From NCBI RefSeq assembly GCF_988243305.1, contig NZ_OZ547136.1: a stretch of DNA of 64,000 nucleotides. The stretch is one strand, 5' to 3'. Position 1 is the first letter of the stretch. Every line of letters starts with the position of its first letter. Under the pieces are notes generated by a model. The model was given only the letters and a program-made list of their open reading frames with translations. It ran no database searches and was not told the DNA's origin. Position numbers and translations under genes: made by a program. This document shows, piece by piece, positions 1 through 15,573 of the stretch.

Positions 1-129
1 CATCCGGGAGGATTACTCGCCTTGCGGCTCGCCCTTCGGGCCGTTGCTAAAGCAACGTTATCCTCCCTGGTGCCTGCGGTTATTACCGCCACCTCTTCTA
101 TACCTTCATCGCTGAAAGTACGTAGAATA

Positions 130-206
130 TGGTGCATCCGGGAGGATTCGAACCTCCGACCGCTCGGTTCGTAGCCGAGTACTCTATCCAGCTGAGCTAC
201 GGATGC
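130..206 (-). tRNA. argV: tRNA-Arg (anticodon ACG)
   Basis: Reverse complement reads GCATCCGTAGCTCAGCTGGATAGAGTACTCGGCTACGAACCGAGCGGTCGGAGGTTCGAATCCTCCCGGATGCACCA, with ACG in the anticodon loop and a CCA end. Which paralog of the arg tRNA cluster this is, is uncertain. Confidence 0.9.
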
Positions 207-209
207 AAA

Positions 210-302
210 TGGCGGTGAGGCGGGGATTCGAACCCCGGATGCAGCTTTTGACCGCATACTCCCTTAGCAGGGGAGCGCCTTCAGCCTCTCGGCCACCTCA
301 CC
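210..302 (-). tRNA. serV: tRNA-Ser (anticodon GCT), long variable arm
   Basis: Reverse complement reads GGTGAGGTGGCCGAGAGGCTGAAGGCGCTCCCCTGCTAAGGGAGTATGCGGTCAAAAGCTGCATCCGGGGTTCGAATCCCCGCCTCACCGCCA; class II tRNA with GCT anticodon. Confidence 0.9.
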
Positions 303-576
303 ACACGCCTCTTACGAGTGCTTCGAAGAACTTGTTTATCGCTCATCGTCGCTGCGTGGCGCACATATTACTTTCTGAGACTTATAAGTCAAACAATTTT
401 TCCCACACTTTTATCGTTTGCACACTTCACGCTCAATTAGTCTGTAAAAACGTCAAAAAGAGTGTTTTATCAACAGAAAAACGGAGGTCTGTCAGATAGC
501 AGTAATGCAAAAAAATGGAGACTTAAGTTGAATGAACGGGAGTAAAGCGAAAAGACTATAGAGTGAAGGAGAAATT

Positions 577-602
577 TTGAGGGTGCGTCTCACCGATAAA
601 GA
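577..602 (-). terminator. Hairpin just downstream of csrA (GCGTCTCA / TGAGACGC stem), putative terminator
   Basis: Inverted repeat read directly; the following U-tract is weak. Confidence 0.4.
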
Positions 603-617
603 TGAGACGCGGAAAGA

Positions 618-803
618 TTAGTAACTGGACTGCTGGGATTTTTCAGCCTGGATACGCTGGTAGATCTCTTCACGGTGAACAGAAACTTCCTTCGGGGCAT
701 TTACGCCAATACGTACCTGGTTGCCCTTTACCCCTAAAACTGTCACGGTGACCTCATCCCCAATCATGAGGGTCTCACCAACTCGACGAGTCAGAATCAG
801 CAT
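618..803 (-). CDS. csrA: Carbon storage regulator CsrA
   Basis: 61 aa [64 protein letters not shown], recognised as CsrA. Confidence 0.97.
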
Positions 804-1037
804 TCTTTGCTCCTTGAAAGATTAAAAGAGTCGGGTCTCTCTGTATCCCGGCATTATCCATCATATAACGCCAAAAAGTAAGCAATGACAAACACATTAC
901 ATGTAAGCAGTCATGGCATTACATTCTGTTAAACCTAAGTTTAGCCGATATACACAACTTCAACCTGACTTTATCGTTGTCGATAGCGTTAATGCGAATG
1001 CCGTGAAGCGAGTCCACGGCATTGCCTGACGCTTATA

Positions 1038-3668
1038 TTATTGCAATTTCGCGCTGACCCAGCCTTTCACACTGGCTAACGCTGCAGGTAAGGCCGCAGC
1101 ATCCGTACCACCGGCTTGCGCCATGTCAGGACGTCCACCACCCTTGCCGCCCACCTGCTGAGCGACCATACCAATCAGTTCCCCTGCTTTCACACGATCT
1201 GTGACGTCCTTAGATACGCCTGCAATCAGAGAAACCTTACCTTCGGCTACCGTTGCCAGCACGATAATTGTCGACCCCAGCTGATTTTTTAAATCGTCAA
1301 CCATGGTACGCAACATTTTCGGCTCAACACCGCTAAGCTCGCTAACCAACAGCTTAACACCATTAACATCAATTGCCTTACTGGAAAGATTTGCGCTCTC
1401 CTGTGCGGCAGCTTGTTCTTTAAGCTGTTGTAACTCTTTTTCCAGCTGACGCGTACGTTCCAGTACTGAGCGCACTTTATCAGCCAGATTATTGCTATCG
1501 CCTTTCAGCAGATGCGCGACTTCGTTTAAGCGATCGCTGTCTGCATGAACGGTGGCGATAGCGCCTTCTCCGGTTACCGCTTCGATACGACGAACGCCTG
1601 CAGCAGTACCCGATTCAGAGATGATGCGGAACAGACCAATATCACCAGTGCGGCTGGCGTGAGTACCGCCACACAGCTCGGTGGAGAAATCGCCCATGCT
1701 CAGCACGCGTACGCGCTCATCATACTTCTCGCCGAACAGCGCCATAGCGCCTTTCGCTTTCGCCGCTTCGAGATCCATGATGTTGGTTTCGATAGGCAAA
1801 TTGCGACGAATCTGTGCGTTCACCAGGTCTTCGACCGCACGAATCTCTTCTGGTTTCATCGCTTCGTTGTGTGAGAAGTCGAAGCGCAGCACTTTGTCGT
1901 TAACCAGTGAACCTTTCTGCGATACATGAGTACCCAGAACCTGGCGCAGCGCAGCGTGCATCAGGTGCGTTGCGGAGTGATTCAGACGAATACGGGCGCG
2001 ACGAGCTTCATCAACATCAGCCTGCACCGCGTCGCCCACTTTCAGAGAACCCGCAGCAAGTTTACCGATGTGACCAATCGCCTGGCCGTATTTCTGCGTA
2101 TCTTCCACCGCAAAGGAGAAGTTAGCGCCTTTCAGTTCGCCTTTATCACCAACCTGACCGCCGGATTCCGCATAGAATGGCGTTTGATCCAGCACGACCA
2201 CAGCTTCCTGGCCTGCATTGATGGCATCAACCGCTTTACCATCAACAAACAGCGCGGTCACTTTGCCGTTCAGTTCCAGATGGTCATAGCCTTTAAATTC
2301 AGATGCGCTGTCAACACGGATCATTGCGTTGTAATCGGCACCAAAGCCGCTGGCTTCGCGCGCGCGACGACGCTGCTCTTCCATTGCTGCTTCGAAACCA
2401 GCTTCGTCAACTTTGATGTTGCGCTCACGACAAACATCAGCCGTCAGGTCAACCGGGAAGCCATAGGTGTCGTACAGACGGAAAGCCGTTTCACCATCCA
2501 GCGTATCACCAGAAAGTTTTGCCAGCTCTTCATCCAGCAGCGCCAGACCGCGCTCCAGAGTACGGGCAAACTGCTCTTCTTCAGTCTTCAGCACCTGCTC
2601 AACCTGCGCCTGCTGGCGTTTCAGGTCTTCACCCGCAGAGCCCATTACGTCGATCAGCGGACCAACCAGTTTGTAGAAGAAGGTTTCTTTCGCGCCCAGC
2701 ATATTGCCGTGACGCACTGCGCGACGAATGATACGACGCAGTACATAACCACGGTTTTCATTGGACGGCATTACGCCATCCGCGATCAGGAACGCACAAG
2801 AACGAATGTGGTCAGCGATTACGCGCAGCGATTTATTGCTCAGATCGGTCGCGCCAGTGACTTTCGCTACCGCCTGGATCAGCGTGCGGAACAGGTCGAT
2901 GTCATAGTTAGAGTTAACGTGTTGCAGCACCGCAGCAATACGCTCCAGACCCATACCGGTATCTACAGACGGCTTCGGCAGCGGTTCCATCGTGCCATCT
3001 GCCTGGCGGTTGAACTGCATGAAGACGATGTTCCAGATCTCAATGTAGCGATCGCCGTCTTCTTCCGGACTTCCCGGAGGGCCACCCCAAATGTGGTCGC
3101 CGTGATCGTAGAAGATTTCGGTGCACGGGCCGCACGGACCAGTGTCACCCATCTGCCAGAAGTTGTCAGATGCGTATGGCGCACCTTTGTTATCGCCGAT
3201 GCGAATAATACGTTCGCGCGGGATCCCTACTTCTTTTTCCCAGATTTCGTAGGCTTCGTCGTCGCTTTCATAGACGGTAACCCACAGACGCTCTTTCGGC
3301 AGGGCAAACCATTTTTCGCTGGTCAGCAGTTCCCATGCAAACTGAATGGCATCGTGTTTGAAATAGTCGCCGAAGCTGAAGTTGCCCAGCATTTCGAAGA
3401 AGGTATGGTGACGCGCGGTGTAACCGACGTTTTCCAGGTCGTTGTGTTTACCACCCGCACGCACGCAGCGTTGGGAAGTGGTAGCGCGGGAATAATTACG
3501 CTTGTCGAGCCCAAGGAACACATCCTTGAACTGGTTCATCCCGGCGTTGGTAAACAACAAAGTTGGGTCGTTATGGGGTACCAGGGAGCTGCTGGCAACT
3601 ACCTGATGTCCCTTACTATGGAAAAAGTCGAGAAACGCCTGACGGATCTCAGCGGTGCTCTTGCTCAT
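1038..3668 (-). CDS. alaS: Alanine--tRNA ligase
   Basis: 876 aa ORF with class II aaRS core and C-terminal editing/DHHA1 region, recognised as AlaS; conserved position next to csrA and recX. Confidence 0.97.
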   Translation of the reverse strand: MSKSTAEIRQAFLDFFHSKGHQVVASSSLVPHNDPTLLFTNAGMNQFKDVFLGLDKRNYSRATTSQRCVRAGGKHNDLENVGYTARHHTFFEMLGNFSFGDYFKHDAIQFAWELLTSEKWFALPKERLWVTVYESDDEAYEIWEKEVGIPRERIIRIGDNKGAPYASDNFWQMGDTGPCGPCTEIFYDHGDHIWGGPPGSPEEDGDRYIEIWNIVFMQFNRQADGTMEPLPKPSVDTGMGLERIAAVLQHVNSNYDIDLFRTLIQAVAKVTGATDLSNKSLRVIADHIRSCAFLIADGVMPSNENRGYVLRRIIRRAVRHGNMLGAKETFFYKLVGPLIDVMGSAGEDLKRQQAQVEQVLKTEEEQFARTLERGLALLDEELAKLSGDTLDGETAFRLYDTYGFPVDLTADVCRERNIKVDEAGFEAAMEEQRRRAREASGFGADYNAMIRVDSASEFKGYDHLELNGKVTALFVDGKAVDAINAGQEAVVVLDQTPFYAESGGQVGDKGELKGANFSFAVEDTQKYGQAIGHIGKLAAGSLKVGDAVQADVDEARRARIRLNHSATHLMHAALRQVLGTHVSQKGSLVNDKVLRFDFSHNEAMKPEEIRAVEDLVNAQIRRNLPIETNIMDLEAAKAKGAMALFGEKYDERVRVLSMGDFSTELCGGTHASRTGDIGLFRIISESGTAAGVRRIEAVTGEGAIATVHADSDRLNEVAHLLKGDSNNLADKVRSVLERTRQLEKELQQLKEQAAAQESANLSSKAIDVNGVKLLVSELSGVEPKMLRTMVDDLKNQLGSTIIVLATVAEGKVSLIAGVSKDVTDRVKAGELIGMVAQQVGGKGGGRPDMAQAGGTDAAALPAALASVKGWVSAKLQ

Positions 3669-3795
3669 AATTATCCTGAAATCAAGCTAACGAAATATCG
3701 CCACCAGCTACAGCGTGTCTTAACCGCCGGGCTGGTAACTGAAAAGTGGGAATAAGATAAGTTTTCTTGACTGGGAAGTAAAATACCGTATGCGT

Positions 3796-4296
3796 TCAGT
3801 CGGCAAAATTTCGCCAAATATCCTGGATATCTTCCATCAGATAGCCACGATAGAGCAGAAAACGCTGGATCTTAACTTTTTCTGAAAAGACAGTTGGCAA
3901 AGGTTCGCCATATTTTCGCGTCGCCTGATCGCGCGCCAGTGCGCACCAGTCGATGTCACATTCACGCATCGCTTTTTCTGTCGCTTCGCGGGAAATACCT
4001 TTCTGATTCAGTTCCTGACGAATACGCGCAGGTCCATAACCTTTGCGGCTACGGCTGGCGATAAAGCGCGCAACAAATCGGCTATCATCGAGATAGCCAT
4101 GTTCATGGCACCAGGCGATAACGCGCTCGTAATCTTCTGCCGTGGCATCAATCTCTTCCGGGCCATTTTTGCCCATAATCGGTGCCGCGAGTTTACGTCG
4201 CAGTTCTTGCTCACTGTGATCGCGCACCGCCAGAATGCGTACCGCACGATCCAACAGGCGAGCATATGCCGGGCGACGGGACGTTGATTCTGTCAT
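3796..4296 (-). CDS. recX: RecA regulator RecX
   Basis: 166 aa ORF recognised as RecX, immediately downstream of recA. Confidence 0.95.
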   Translation of the reverse strand: MTESTSRRPAYARLLDRAVRILAVRDHSEQELRRKLAAPIMGKNGPEEIDATAEDYERVIAWCHEHGYLDDSRFVARFIASRSRKGYGPARIRQELNQKGISREATEKAMRECDIDWCALARDQATRKYGEPLPTVFSEKVKIQRFLLYRGYLMEDIQDIWRNFAD

Positions 4297-4309
4297 GGCA
4301 TATCCTTAC

Positions 4310-4352
4310 AACTTAAAAAAGCAAAAGGGCCGCAGATGCGACCCTTGTGTAT
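4310..4352 (-). terminator. Hairpin plus T-tract between recA and recX (partial terminator)
   Basis: AAGGGCCGCAGATGCGACCCTT inverted repeat followed on the minus strand by a T-rich run. Confidence 0.45.
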
Positions 4353-4364
4353 CAAACAAGACGA

Positions 4365-5505
<1,141 letters not shown>

Positions 5506-6003
5506 TCAAGTGTTTTGTAGAAATTGTTGCCACAAGGTCTGCAATGCATACGCAGTAGCCTGACGACGCACCGCATCACGGTCACCGCTGAAGCATTCCC
5601 GCCGGGTAATGCCTTCACCACGGGCAGTGGCAAAAGCAAACCAGACGGTGCCGACAGGCTTCTCTTCACTGCCGCCATCCGGCCCGGCGATACCACTAAT
5701 AGACACGGCATAATCAGCACGAGCCGCTTTCAGTGCGCCTATCGCCATTTCCACCACGACAGGTTCGCTCACCGCGCCATGCTGCGCCAGCGTCTCTTCG
5801 CGTACACCGATCATTTGCGCTTTCGCTTCGTTACTGTAGGTGACAAATCCGCGTTCAAACCAGGCGGAACTGCCGGCAATATCGGTAATCACTTTCGCTA
5901 CCCAACCACCGGTACAAGACTCAGCAGTTGTTACGGTTGCGCCACGGGCTTTCAGCGCCTGCCCAACCTGTTCGCTTAACTGCATCAGTTCACTGTCAGT
6001 CAT
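5506..6003 (-). CDS. pncC: NMN amidohydrolase PncC (CinA-like competence/damage-inducible domain)
   Basis: 165 aa recognised as YgaD/PncC; conserved position upstream of recA. Confidence 0.9.
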   Translation of the reverse strand: MTDSELMQLSEQVGQALKARGATVTTAESCTGGWVAKVITDIAGSSAWFERGFVTYSNEAKAQMIGVREETLAQHGAVSEPVVVEMAIGALKAARADYAVSISGIAGPDGGSEEKPVGTVWFAFATARGEGITRRECFSGDRDAVRRQATAYALQTLWQQFLQNT

Positions 6004-6147
6004 CACAACCTCTGTCAGTCAAAAATTTATGCCGGACAAGATAGCACTTTCGTCAGGAAGATGGTGTTGGCGTTGCAATTTTACGAGGAGGATTCAGAAA
6101 AAAGCTGATTAGCCAGAGGGAAGCTCACGCTCCCCTCTTGCAAATAG

Positions 6148-7233
6148 TTACTGCACGCGCGCCAGCGCCACGGCTTGTCCTAACTGCCAGACCGCCATTG
6201 CGTAATGGGTACTGTGGTTGTAACGGGTGATGGTGTAGAAGTTCGGCAGACCGTACCAGTACTGGTAACCGGTACCGACATCCAGACGCAGCAGGCTGGC
6301 TTGTTGATGGTTGCCCAGCGGCTGCTGTGGCGTTAAACCTGCCGCGGCAAGCTGCGAAATGCTGTACTTGGTTTTGAAGCCATTTGGCAAGCCTGGAGCC
6401 TGACCGTTTGCCATCACCGCAACCTGATCACCTTTCACCCAGCCGTGCGCTTTGAAATAGTTCGCCACACTACCGATCGCATCAACCGGATCCCACAGGT
6501 TGATATGCCCGTCGCCGCTGAAATCTACCGCATATTGTTTGTAAGACGACGGCATAAACTGTCCGTAGCCCATCGCCCCGGCAAAGGAACCTTTCAGATT
6601 GAGCGGATCGTCCTGCTCATCGCGCGCCATCAGCAGGAAAGTTTCCAGCTCGCCAGAGAAATACTCCGCGCGGCGTGGGTAGTTAAATGACAGCGTTGCC
6701 AGCGCATCGAGGATACGGGTTTTCCCCATCACGCGCCCCCAGCGGGTTTCAACGCCGATAATCCCGACGATAATTTCCGGCGGTACGCCATACACCTGCC
6801 ACGCGCGATTCAACGCATCTTCATACTGATTCCAGAAAACCACACCATTCTGCACGTTGTCCGGCGTAATAAATTTTTTGCGATAACGCAGCCATGCGCC
6901 GTTCGGACCTGATGGCGGTTTCACCGAAGTAGTTGGTGCCTGGTTATCCATCAGCCGCAATACCGAATCCAGACGTTTCGCCTGGGAGAGAATTTCCTGC
7001 AACTGCTGACGATCGAAACCGTGTTTGTTCACCATTTTGTCGATGAACTGCTGGGCATTCGGGTTATTAGCGAAATCGCCGCCCATCTGCATCACATTGT
7101 GCTGCGGCTCAAGCAGGAAGCCGCCAGACGGCGTTCCGGTGGTCGTTTCAGTCTCAGTAGGTTTTGGCTTGCTGGTACAGGCGGCAAGCAACACAAAAAG
7201 GGGAAGCAATGTTACATAACGACGCTTGAACAT
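6148..7233 (-). CDS. mltB: Membrane-bound lytic murein transglycosylase B (lipoprotein)
   Basis: Start trimmed to MFKRRYVTLLPLFVLLAAC (lipobox), recognised as MltB. Confidence 0.93.
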   Translation of the reverse strand: MFKRRYVTLLPLFVLLAACTSKPKPTETETTTGTPSGGFLLEPQHNVMQMGGDFANNPNAQQFIDKMVNKHGFDRQQLQEILSQAKRLDSVLRLMDNQAPTTSVKPPSGPNGAWLRYRKKFITPDNVQNGVVFWNQYEDALNRAWQVYGVPPEIIVGIIGVETRWGRVMGKTRILDALATLSFNYPRRAEYFSGELETFLLMARDEQDDPLNLKGSFAGAMGYGQFMPSSYKQYAVDFSGDGHINLWDPVDAIGSVANYFKAHGWVKGDQVAVMANGQAPGLPNGFKTKYSISQLAAAGLTPQQPLGNHQQASLLRLDVGTGYQYWYGLPNFYTITRYNHSTHYAMAVWQLGQAVALARVQ

Positions 7234-7470
7234 GAGGGGTCCATTTAACAGATTCAACCAGGGGCAAGTATGGTAAAGCATCACGCCCCGCACAAGGAAG
7301 CGGTAGTCACTGCCCGATACGGACTTTACATAACTCAACTCATTCTCCTCGCTATCCTTTTATTCAAACTTTCAAATTAAAATATTTATCTTTCATTTTG
7401 CGATCAAAATAACACTTTTAAATCTTTCAATCTGATTAGATTAGGTTGCCGTTTGGTAATAAAACAATAA

Positions 7471-9008
<1,538 letters not shown>

Positions 9009-9018
9009 AGGCTGAAAC

Positions 9019-10173
<1,155 letters not shown>

Positions 10174-10189
10174 TCAACAGCGGAGATCC

Positions 10190-10250
10190 GTTAAGGATCT
10201 CCGCGAGACTAATAAAATGCCTGATGCGCTACGCTTATCAGGCCTACAGG
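10190..10250 (+). repeat. Stem-loop (GCGGAGATCC/GGATCTCCGC) followed by a REP-like palindromic unit after srlD
   Basis: Perfect 10-bp inverted repeat, then GCCTGATGCGCTACGCTTATCAGGCCTAC, which has typical REP structure. Confidence 0.6.
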
Positions 10251-10278
10251 ACTTCCGCCACTACATTAAGGAAAAGTT

Positions 10279-10638
10279 ATGGTATCCGCACTCATCACCG
10301 TCGCCGTTATCGCCTGGTGTGCGCAACTGGCCTTAGGCGGTTGGCAAATTTCTCGTTTTAACCGTGCCTTCGACACACTATGCCAGCAAGGGCGGGTTGG
10401 CGTGGGCCGTTCCAGCGGGCGCTTTAAACCGCGGGTCGTGGTCGCCATCGCCCTGGACGATCAGCAACGCATCGTCGACACCTTGTTTATGAAAGGACTG
10501 ACCGTCTTCGCCCGACCACAAAAAATTCCCGCAATTACCGGTATGTATGCGGGTGATTTACAGCCCGATGTGATCTTTCCCCATGATCCACTATCACAGA
10601 ATGCTCTATCATTGGCGCTTAAACTGAAACGTGGATAA
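10279..10638 (+). CDS. gutM: Glucitol operon activator GutM
   Basis: 119 aa recognised as GutM; position between srlD and srlR. Confidence 0.9.
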   Translation: MVSALITVAVIAWCAQLALGGWQISRFNRAFDTLCQQGRVGVGRSSGRFKPRVVVAIALDDQQRIVDTLFMKGLTVFARPQKIPAITGMYAGDLQPDVIFPHDPLSQNALSLALKLKRG

Positions 10639-10704
10639 TTTCGTTGTGAATGTTACTTGCTTGCGAAGTTATCATTTTGAAACCTAAATCAGGTAATCAC
10701 GCCC

Positions 10705-11478
10705 ATGAAACCTCGTCAGCGTCAGGCCGCCATTCTGGAGTATCTGCAAAAGCAGGGTAAATGCTCGGTTGAAGAATTGGCGCAATACTTTGACACCACA
10801 GGCACAACCATTCGCAAAGATCTGGTCATTCTGGAACATGCCGGAACCGTCATTCGTACTTATGGCGGAGTGGTGTTGAATAAAGAGGAATCCGATCCGC
10901 CTATCGATCATAAAACACTCATCAACACCCACAAGAAAGAGCTGATTGCAGAAGCTGCCGTTAGTTTTATCCATGATGGCGATTCGATCATTCTTGATGC
11001 TGGCAGTACCGTTTTGCAGATGGTTCCCCTGCTCTCGCGCTTTAATAACATCACAGTGATGACCAACAGTCTGCATATCGTCAATGCGCTATCCGAACTG
11101 GATAACGAACAAACTATCCTGATGCCAGGCGGAACATTTCGTAAAAAATCGGCCTCATTTCACGGGCAACTGGCAGAGAATGCCTTCGAGCATTTCACCT
11201 TCGATAAATTGTTTATGGGCACCGACGGCATCGATCTCAATGCGGGCGTAACCACGTTCAACGAGGTTTATACCGTCAGTAAGGCAATGTGCAATGCCGC
11301 GCGCGAAGTGATTTTGATGGCAGACTCATCAAAGTTTGGCCGTAAAAGCCCCAACGTAGTTTGCAGTCTTGAAAGCGTCGATAAGCTAATTACCGACGCA
11401 GGTATCGATCCAGCGTTTCGTCAGGCGCTGGAAAAGAAAGGGATCGATGTGATCATAACCGGAGAGAGCAATGAGTGA
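10705..11478 (+). CDS. srlR: DeoR-family glucitol repressor
   Basis: 257 aa with N-terminal HTH and DeoR C-terminal sugar-binding domain. Confidence 0.92.
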   Translation: MKPRQRQAAILEYLQKQGKCSVEELAQYFDTTGTTIRKDLVILEHAGTVIRTYGGVVLNKEESDPPIDHKTLINTHKKELIAEAAVSFIHDGDSIILDAGSTVLQMVPLLSRFNNITVMTNSLHIVNALSELDNEQTILMPGGTFRKKSASFHGQLAENAFEHFTFDKLFMGTDGIDLNAGVTTFNEVYTVSKAMCNAAREVILMADSSKFGRKSPNVVCSLESVDKLITDAGIDPAFRQALEKKGIDVIITGESNE

Positions 11479-12436
11479 AGCACTACTGAACGCGGGACGT
11501 CAGACGTTAATGCTGGAGTTGCAGGAAGCAAGCCGTTTACCGGAACGTCTGGGCGATGATTTTGTTCGCGCCGCCAATATCATCCTGCACTGCGAAGGCA
11601 AAGTGGTGGTTTCGGGAATTGGCAAATCGGGCCACATTGGTAAGAAAATCGCCGCAACGCTTGCCAGCACTGGCACACCGGCTTTTTTTGTCCATCCGGC
11701 AGAAGCACTGCACGGCGATCTGGGGATGATTGAAAGCCGCGATGTGATGCTGTTTATCTCTTACTCCGGTGGCGCGAAGGAACTGGATCTGATTATTCCG
11801 CGTCTGGAAGATAAATCTATCGCGCTGCTGGCGATGACCGGCAAACCGACGTCACCGCTGGGCCTGGCGGCAAAAGCGGTGCTGGATATCTCCGTAGAAC
11901 GCGAAGCCTGTCCGATGCACCTTGCGCCGACCTCCAGCACCGTGAATACCCTGATGATGGGTGACGCGCTGGCGATGGCGGTCATGCAGGCGCGCGGATT
12001 TAATGAAGAAGATTTTGCCCGCTCCCACCCTGCAGGAGCACTGGGCGCTCGCTTGCTGAATAAAGTGCATCATCTGATGCGTCGTGATGACGCTATCCCA
12101 CAAGTAGCGTTAACCGCCAGCGTGATGGATGCGATGCTGGAACTCAGCCGCACTGGTCTGGGGCTGGTGGCGGTATGTGACGCTCAACAACAGGTACAAG
12201 GCGTCTTTACCGACGGCGATTTACGTCGCTGGCTGGTTGGCGGCGGCGCACTCACCACGCCAGTTAATGAAGCGATGACGACAGGCGGCACCACATTACA
12301 GGCACAAAGTCGCGCCATCGACGCCAAAGAGATCCTGATGAAGCGCAAAATCACTGCCGCACCGGTAGTGGATGAAAACGGCAAACTCACCGGCGCAATT
12401 AACCTGCAGGATTTCTATCAGGCCGGGATTATTTAA
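11471..12436 (+). CDS. gutQ: D-arabinose 5-phosphate isomerase (SIS + CBS domains)
   Basis: 321 aa recognised as GutQ. Confidence 0.92.
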   Translation: MSEALLNAGRQTLMLELQEASRLPERLGDDFVRAANIILHCEGKVVVSGIGKSGHIGKKIAATLASTGTPAFFVHPAEALHGDLGMIESRDVMLFISYSGGAKELDLIIPRLEDKSIALLAMTGKPTSPLGLAAKAVLDISVEREACPMHLAPTSSTVNTLMMGDALAMAVMQARGFNEEDFARSHPAGALGARLLNKVHHLMRRDDAIPQVALTASVMDAMLELSRTGLGLVAVCDAQQQVQGVFTDGDLRRWLVGGGALTTPVNEAMTTGGTTLQAQSRAIDAKEILMKRKITAAPVVDENGKLTGAINLQDFYQAGII

Positions 12437-13947
12437 TCCTTCAGCCCCAGACGTTTCGCCAGCCGATGCAGGTTGGCGACGTCGGTTTCCAGCATCCGCG
12501 CACAGGCGGCCCAGTTGTGATGATTTTGCGCCAGCGCCTGACGAATGGTTTCACGCTGGAACGCTTCTGTCGCTTCACGAAGATTTTGCTTAACAACGGG
12601 CACCGCCGCTGCTTCTGGCGGCGGCAACGTCACATCAGGAAAAGCAAAATGTTGCGCCTCAAGAATCACTTCATCGCCGCTGCGGGTGGCTCTCGACAGT
12701 ACTACCGCCCGATGAATAGCATGTTCCAGTTCGCGCACGTTTCCCGGAAAACTGTAGTGTTGCAGTAAATTTTGCGCCCCGGCACTTAATACCACGCGGG
12801 AGAGCCCCAGCCGCAAACGACACTGCTCGCAGAAATACCCCGCCAGCAGAATGACATCATCGCCCCGCTCACGCAGCGGCGGCACCGAAAGTGGGAACAC
12901 GCTCAGGCGATGAAACAAATCGGCGCGGAATCGCCCTGCCAGTACCTCTTCGCGTAAGTCGCGGTTAGTCGCCGCCAGCACGCGCACATCGACCCGCAAA
13001 CTGCGGTCATCGCCAACACGCTGAATATCGCCATACTGCAACACTCGCAGCAACTTGGCCTGCAATGCCAACGACAACTCGCCGATCTCATCGAGAAACA
13101 GTGTGCCGTTATCCGCCATTTCAAACTTCCCGCTGCGGTTACTGATAGCGCCAGTAAACGCCCCTTTCACATGCCCGAACAGTTCACTTTCCGCCACACT
13201 TTCCGGCAGTGCGGCACAGTTGAGATAGACCAGCGGATTCACCGCCCGTGGCGAGGCTTCATGAATCGCTTTCGCCACCAGCTCCTTACCGGTTCCCGTC
13301 TCACCGCTGATCAGGACGTTGAGATCGGACGCCGCCACAATCTCAATCTCTTTTTTCAATTGCGTCATGCCTGGCGACAAGCCAATCATCTGCGTCTGTT
13401 TCACCGCTTCAAACGGCGCGGCATCGCCCGGCAGCATATTCTGGCTTTCCAGTTGCTCAATCAGCAACGCATTGCTTAACGCTCCCGCCGCCAGCGCGGC
13501 AATCAGGCGTAACTCTTCGTCGCTGAAAACATCGAACTGATCGGGCTGCATCCCGTCGAGCGTCAATGCGCCGATCAGGTTTTGCCCGGCAAACAATGGC
13601 AGACCAACGCAGGCGTGAACCTTCAGACTCTCCTGCCCGGGAATCAAACCGTCATAGGGATCGGGCAATTCGCTGTCTGCGGGAAAGCGCACCACGTCCC
13701 CGGCGCGGGCAATCGCTTCCAGCCGTGGATGCCCTTCCAGCGCAAAGCGTCTACCGAGTACATCCTTCGCCAGCCCGTCGATGGCAAGCGGAATAAACTG
13801 CCGCGAGTCATAACGTAGCAACGCAGAGGCATCACACTCCAGCACCTGACGCAGCGTGGTGATCAGGCGCTGAAAACGATCCTGATGACCAATCCCACGC
13901 TGCAATTCGATGGCGATATTCGCCAGCACATCAACGGAAAAACTCAT
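12433..13947 (-). CDS. norR: Sigma-54-dependent NO-responsive activator NorR
   Basis: Start trimmed to [16 protein letters not shown]; GAF domain, AAA+ domain with [14 protein letters not shown] motif and C-terminal HTH. Confidence 0.95.
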   Translation of the reverse strand: MSFSVDVLANIAIELQRGIGHQDRFQRLITTLRQVLECDASALLRYDSRQFIPLAIDGLAKDVLGRRFALEGHPRLEAIARAGDVVRFPADSELPDPYDGLIPGQESLKVHACVGLPLFAGQNLIGALTLDGMQPDQFDVFSDEELRLIAALAAGALSNALLIEQLESQNMLPGDAAPFEAVKQTQMIGLSPGMTQLKKEIEIVAASDLNVLISGETGTGKELVAKAIHEASPRAVNPLVYLNCAALPESVAESELFGHVKGAFTGAISNRSGKFEMADNGTLFLDEIGELSLALQAKLLRVLQYGDIQRVGDDRSLRVDVRVLAATNRDLREEVLAGRFRADLFHRLSVFPLSVPPLRERGDDVILLAGYFCEQCRLRLGLSRVVLSAGAQNLLQHYSFPGNVRELEHAIHRAVVLSRATRSGDEVILEAQHFAFPDVTLPPPEAAAVPVVKQNLREATEAFQRETIRQALAQNHHNWAACARMLETDVANLHRLAKRLGLKD

Positions 13948-13959
13948 CTTTGCCTCACT

Positions 13960-14015
13960 GTCAATTTGACTATAGATATTGTCATATCGACCATTTGATT
14001 GATAGTCATTTTGAC
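13960..14015 (+). promoter_or_regulatory. Three NorR-type enhancer sites (GT-N7-AC): GTCAATTTGAC, GTCATATCGAC, GTCATTTTGAC
   Basis: Three spaced GT-N7-AC inverted repeats in the norR-norV divergent region, matching the known NorR binding motif. Confidence 0.8.
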
Positions 14016-14070
14016 TACTCATTAATGAGCATAATTTTATTTATAGAGTAAAAACAATCAGATAAAAAAC

Positions 14071-14086
14071 TGGCACGCAATCTGCA
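14071..14086 (+). promoter_or_regulatory. Sigma-54 promoter (-24/-12) for norVW
   Basis: TGGCACGCAATCTGCA matches the TGGCAC-N5-TTGCA consensus, about 48 bp upstream of the norV ATG. Confidence 0.85.
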
Positions 14087-14133
14087 ATTAGCAAGACATC
14101 TTTTTAGAACACGCTGAATAAATTGAGGTTGCT

Positions 14134-15573
14134 ATGTCTATTGTGGTGAAAAATAACATTCATTGGGTTGGTCAACGTGACTGGGAAGTGCGTGATTTTC
14201 ACGGCACGGAATATAAAACGCTGCGCGGCAGCAGCTACAACAGCTACCTCATCCGCGAAGAAAAAAACGTGCTGATCGACACCGTTGACCATAAATTCAG
14301 CCGCGAATTTGTGCAGAACCTGCGTAATGAAATCGATCTGGCGGATATCGATTACATCGTGATTAACCATGCAGAAGAGGACCACGCCGGGGCGCTGACC
14401 GAACTGATGGCGCAAATTCCCGATACGCCGATTTACTGTACTGCCAACGCTATCGACTCGATAAATGGTCATCACCATCATCCGGAGTGGAATTTTAATG
14501 TGGTGAAAACTGGCGACACGCTGGATATCGGCAACGGCAAACAGCTCATTTTTGTCGAAACGCCAATGCTGCACTGGCCGGACAGCATGATGACTTACCT
14601 GACAGGCGACGCGGTGCTATTCAGTAACGATGCTTTCGGTCAGCACTACTGCGACGAGCATCTGTTCAACGATGAAGTGGATCAGACGGAGCTTTTCGAG
14701 CAGTGCCAGCGTTACTACGCCAATATCCTGACGCCGTTCAGCCGCCTGGTAACGCCGAAAATTACCGAGATCCTGGGCTTTAACTTACCAGTCGATATGA
14801 TAGCGACCTCTCACGGCGTGGTATGGCGCGATAACCCGACGCAAATTGTCGAGCTGTACCTGAAATGGGCGGCGGATTATCAGGAAGACAGAATCACCAT
14901 TTTCTACGACACCATGTCGAATAATACCCGCATGATGGCCGATGCTATCGCCCAGGGTATTGCGGAAACCGACCCACGCGTGGCGGTGAAAATTTTCAAC
15001 GTCGCCCGAAGCGATAAAAACGAAATCCTGACCAATGTCTTCCGCTCAAAAGGCGTGCTGGTCGGCACTTCTACGATGAATAATGTGATGATGCCGAAAA
15101 TCGCCGGGCTGGTGGAGGAGATGACTGGTTTACGCTTCCGTAACAAACGCGCCAGTGCTTTCGGCTCTCACGGCTGGAGCGGCGGTGCGGTGGATCGTCT
15201 TTCCACACGCCTGCAGGATGCAGGTTTCGAAATGTCGCTTAGCCTGAAAGCCAAATGGCGACCGGACCAGGACGCTCTGGAGTTATGCCGTGAACACGGT
15301 CGCGAAATCGCCCGTCAGTGGGCGCTCGCGCCGCTGCCGCAGAGCACGGTGAATACGGTAGTTAAAGAAGAAACCTCTGCCACCACGACGGCTGACCTCG
15401 GCCCACGGATGCAGTGCAGCGTCTGCCAGTGGATTTACGATCCGGCAAAAGGCGAGCCAATGCAGGACGTTGCGCCAGGAACGCCGTGGAGTGAAGTCCC
15501 GGATAACTTCCTGTGCCCGGAATGCTCTCTCGGCAAAGACGTCTTTGACGAACTGGCATCGGAGGCAAAATGA
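14134..15573 (+). CDS. norV: Anaerobic NO reductase flavorubredoxin
   Basis: 479 aa with metallo-beta-lactamase, flavodoxin and C-terminal rubredoxin (CxxC ... CPxC) modules. Confidence 0.96.
   Translation: MSIVVKNNIHWVGQRDWEVRDFHGTEYKTLRGSSYNSYLIREEKNVLIDTVDHKFSREFVQNLRNEIDLADIDYIVINHAEEDHAGALTELMAQIPDTPIYCTANAIDSINGHHHHPEWNFNVVKTGDTLDIGNGKQLIFVETPMLHWPDSMMTYLTGDAVLFSNDAFGQHYCDEHLFNDEVDQTELFEQCQRYYANILTPFSRLVTPKITEILGFNLPVDMIATSHGVVWRDNPTQIVELYLKWAADYQEDRITIFYDTMSNNTRMMADAIAQGIAETDPRVAVKIFNVARSDKNEILTNVFRSKGVLVGTSTMNNVMMPKIAGLVEEMTGLRFRNKRASAFGSHGWSGGAVDRLSTRLQDAGFEMSLSLKAKWRPDQDALELCREHGREIARQWALAPLPQSTVNTVVKEETSATTTADLGPRMQCSVCQWIYDPAKGEPMQDVAPGTPWSEVPDNFLCPECSLGKDVFDELASEAK

Noticed and set aside
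203-499. 98-aa ORF overlapping the tRNA genes
   Set aside because: Overlaps tRNA-Ser on the opposite strand and extends into the csrA terminator region; no coding support.
1926-3755. 609-aa plus-strand ORF
   Set aside because: Lies entirely antisense to alaS, has no recognisable domain and is low-complexity; a shadow ORF of a highly expressed gene.
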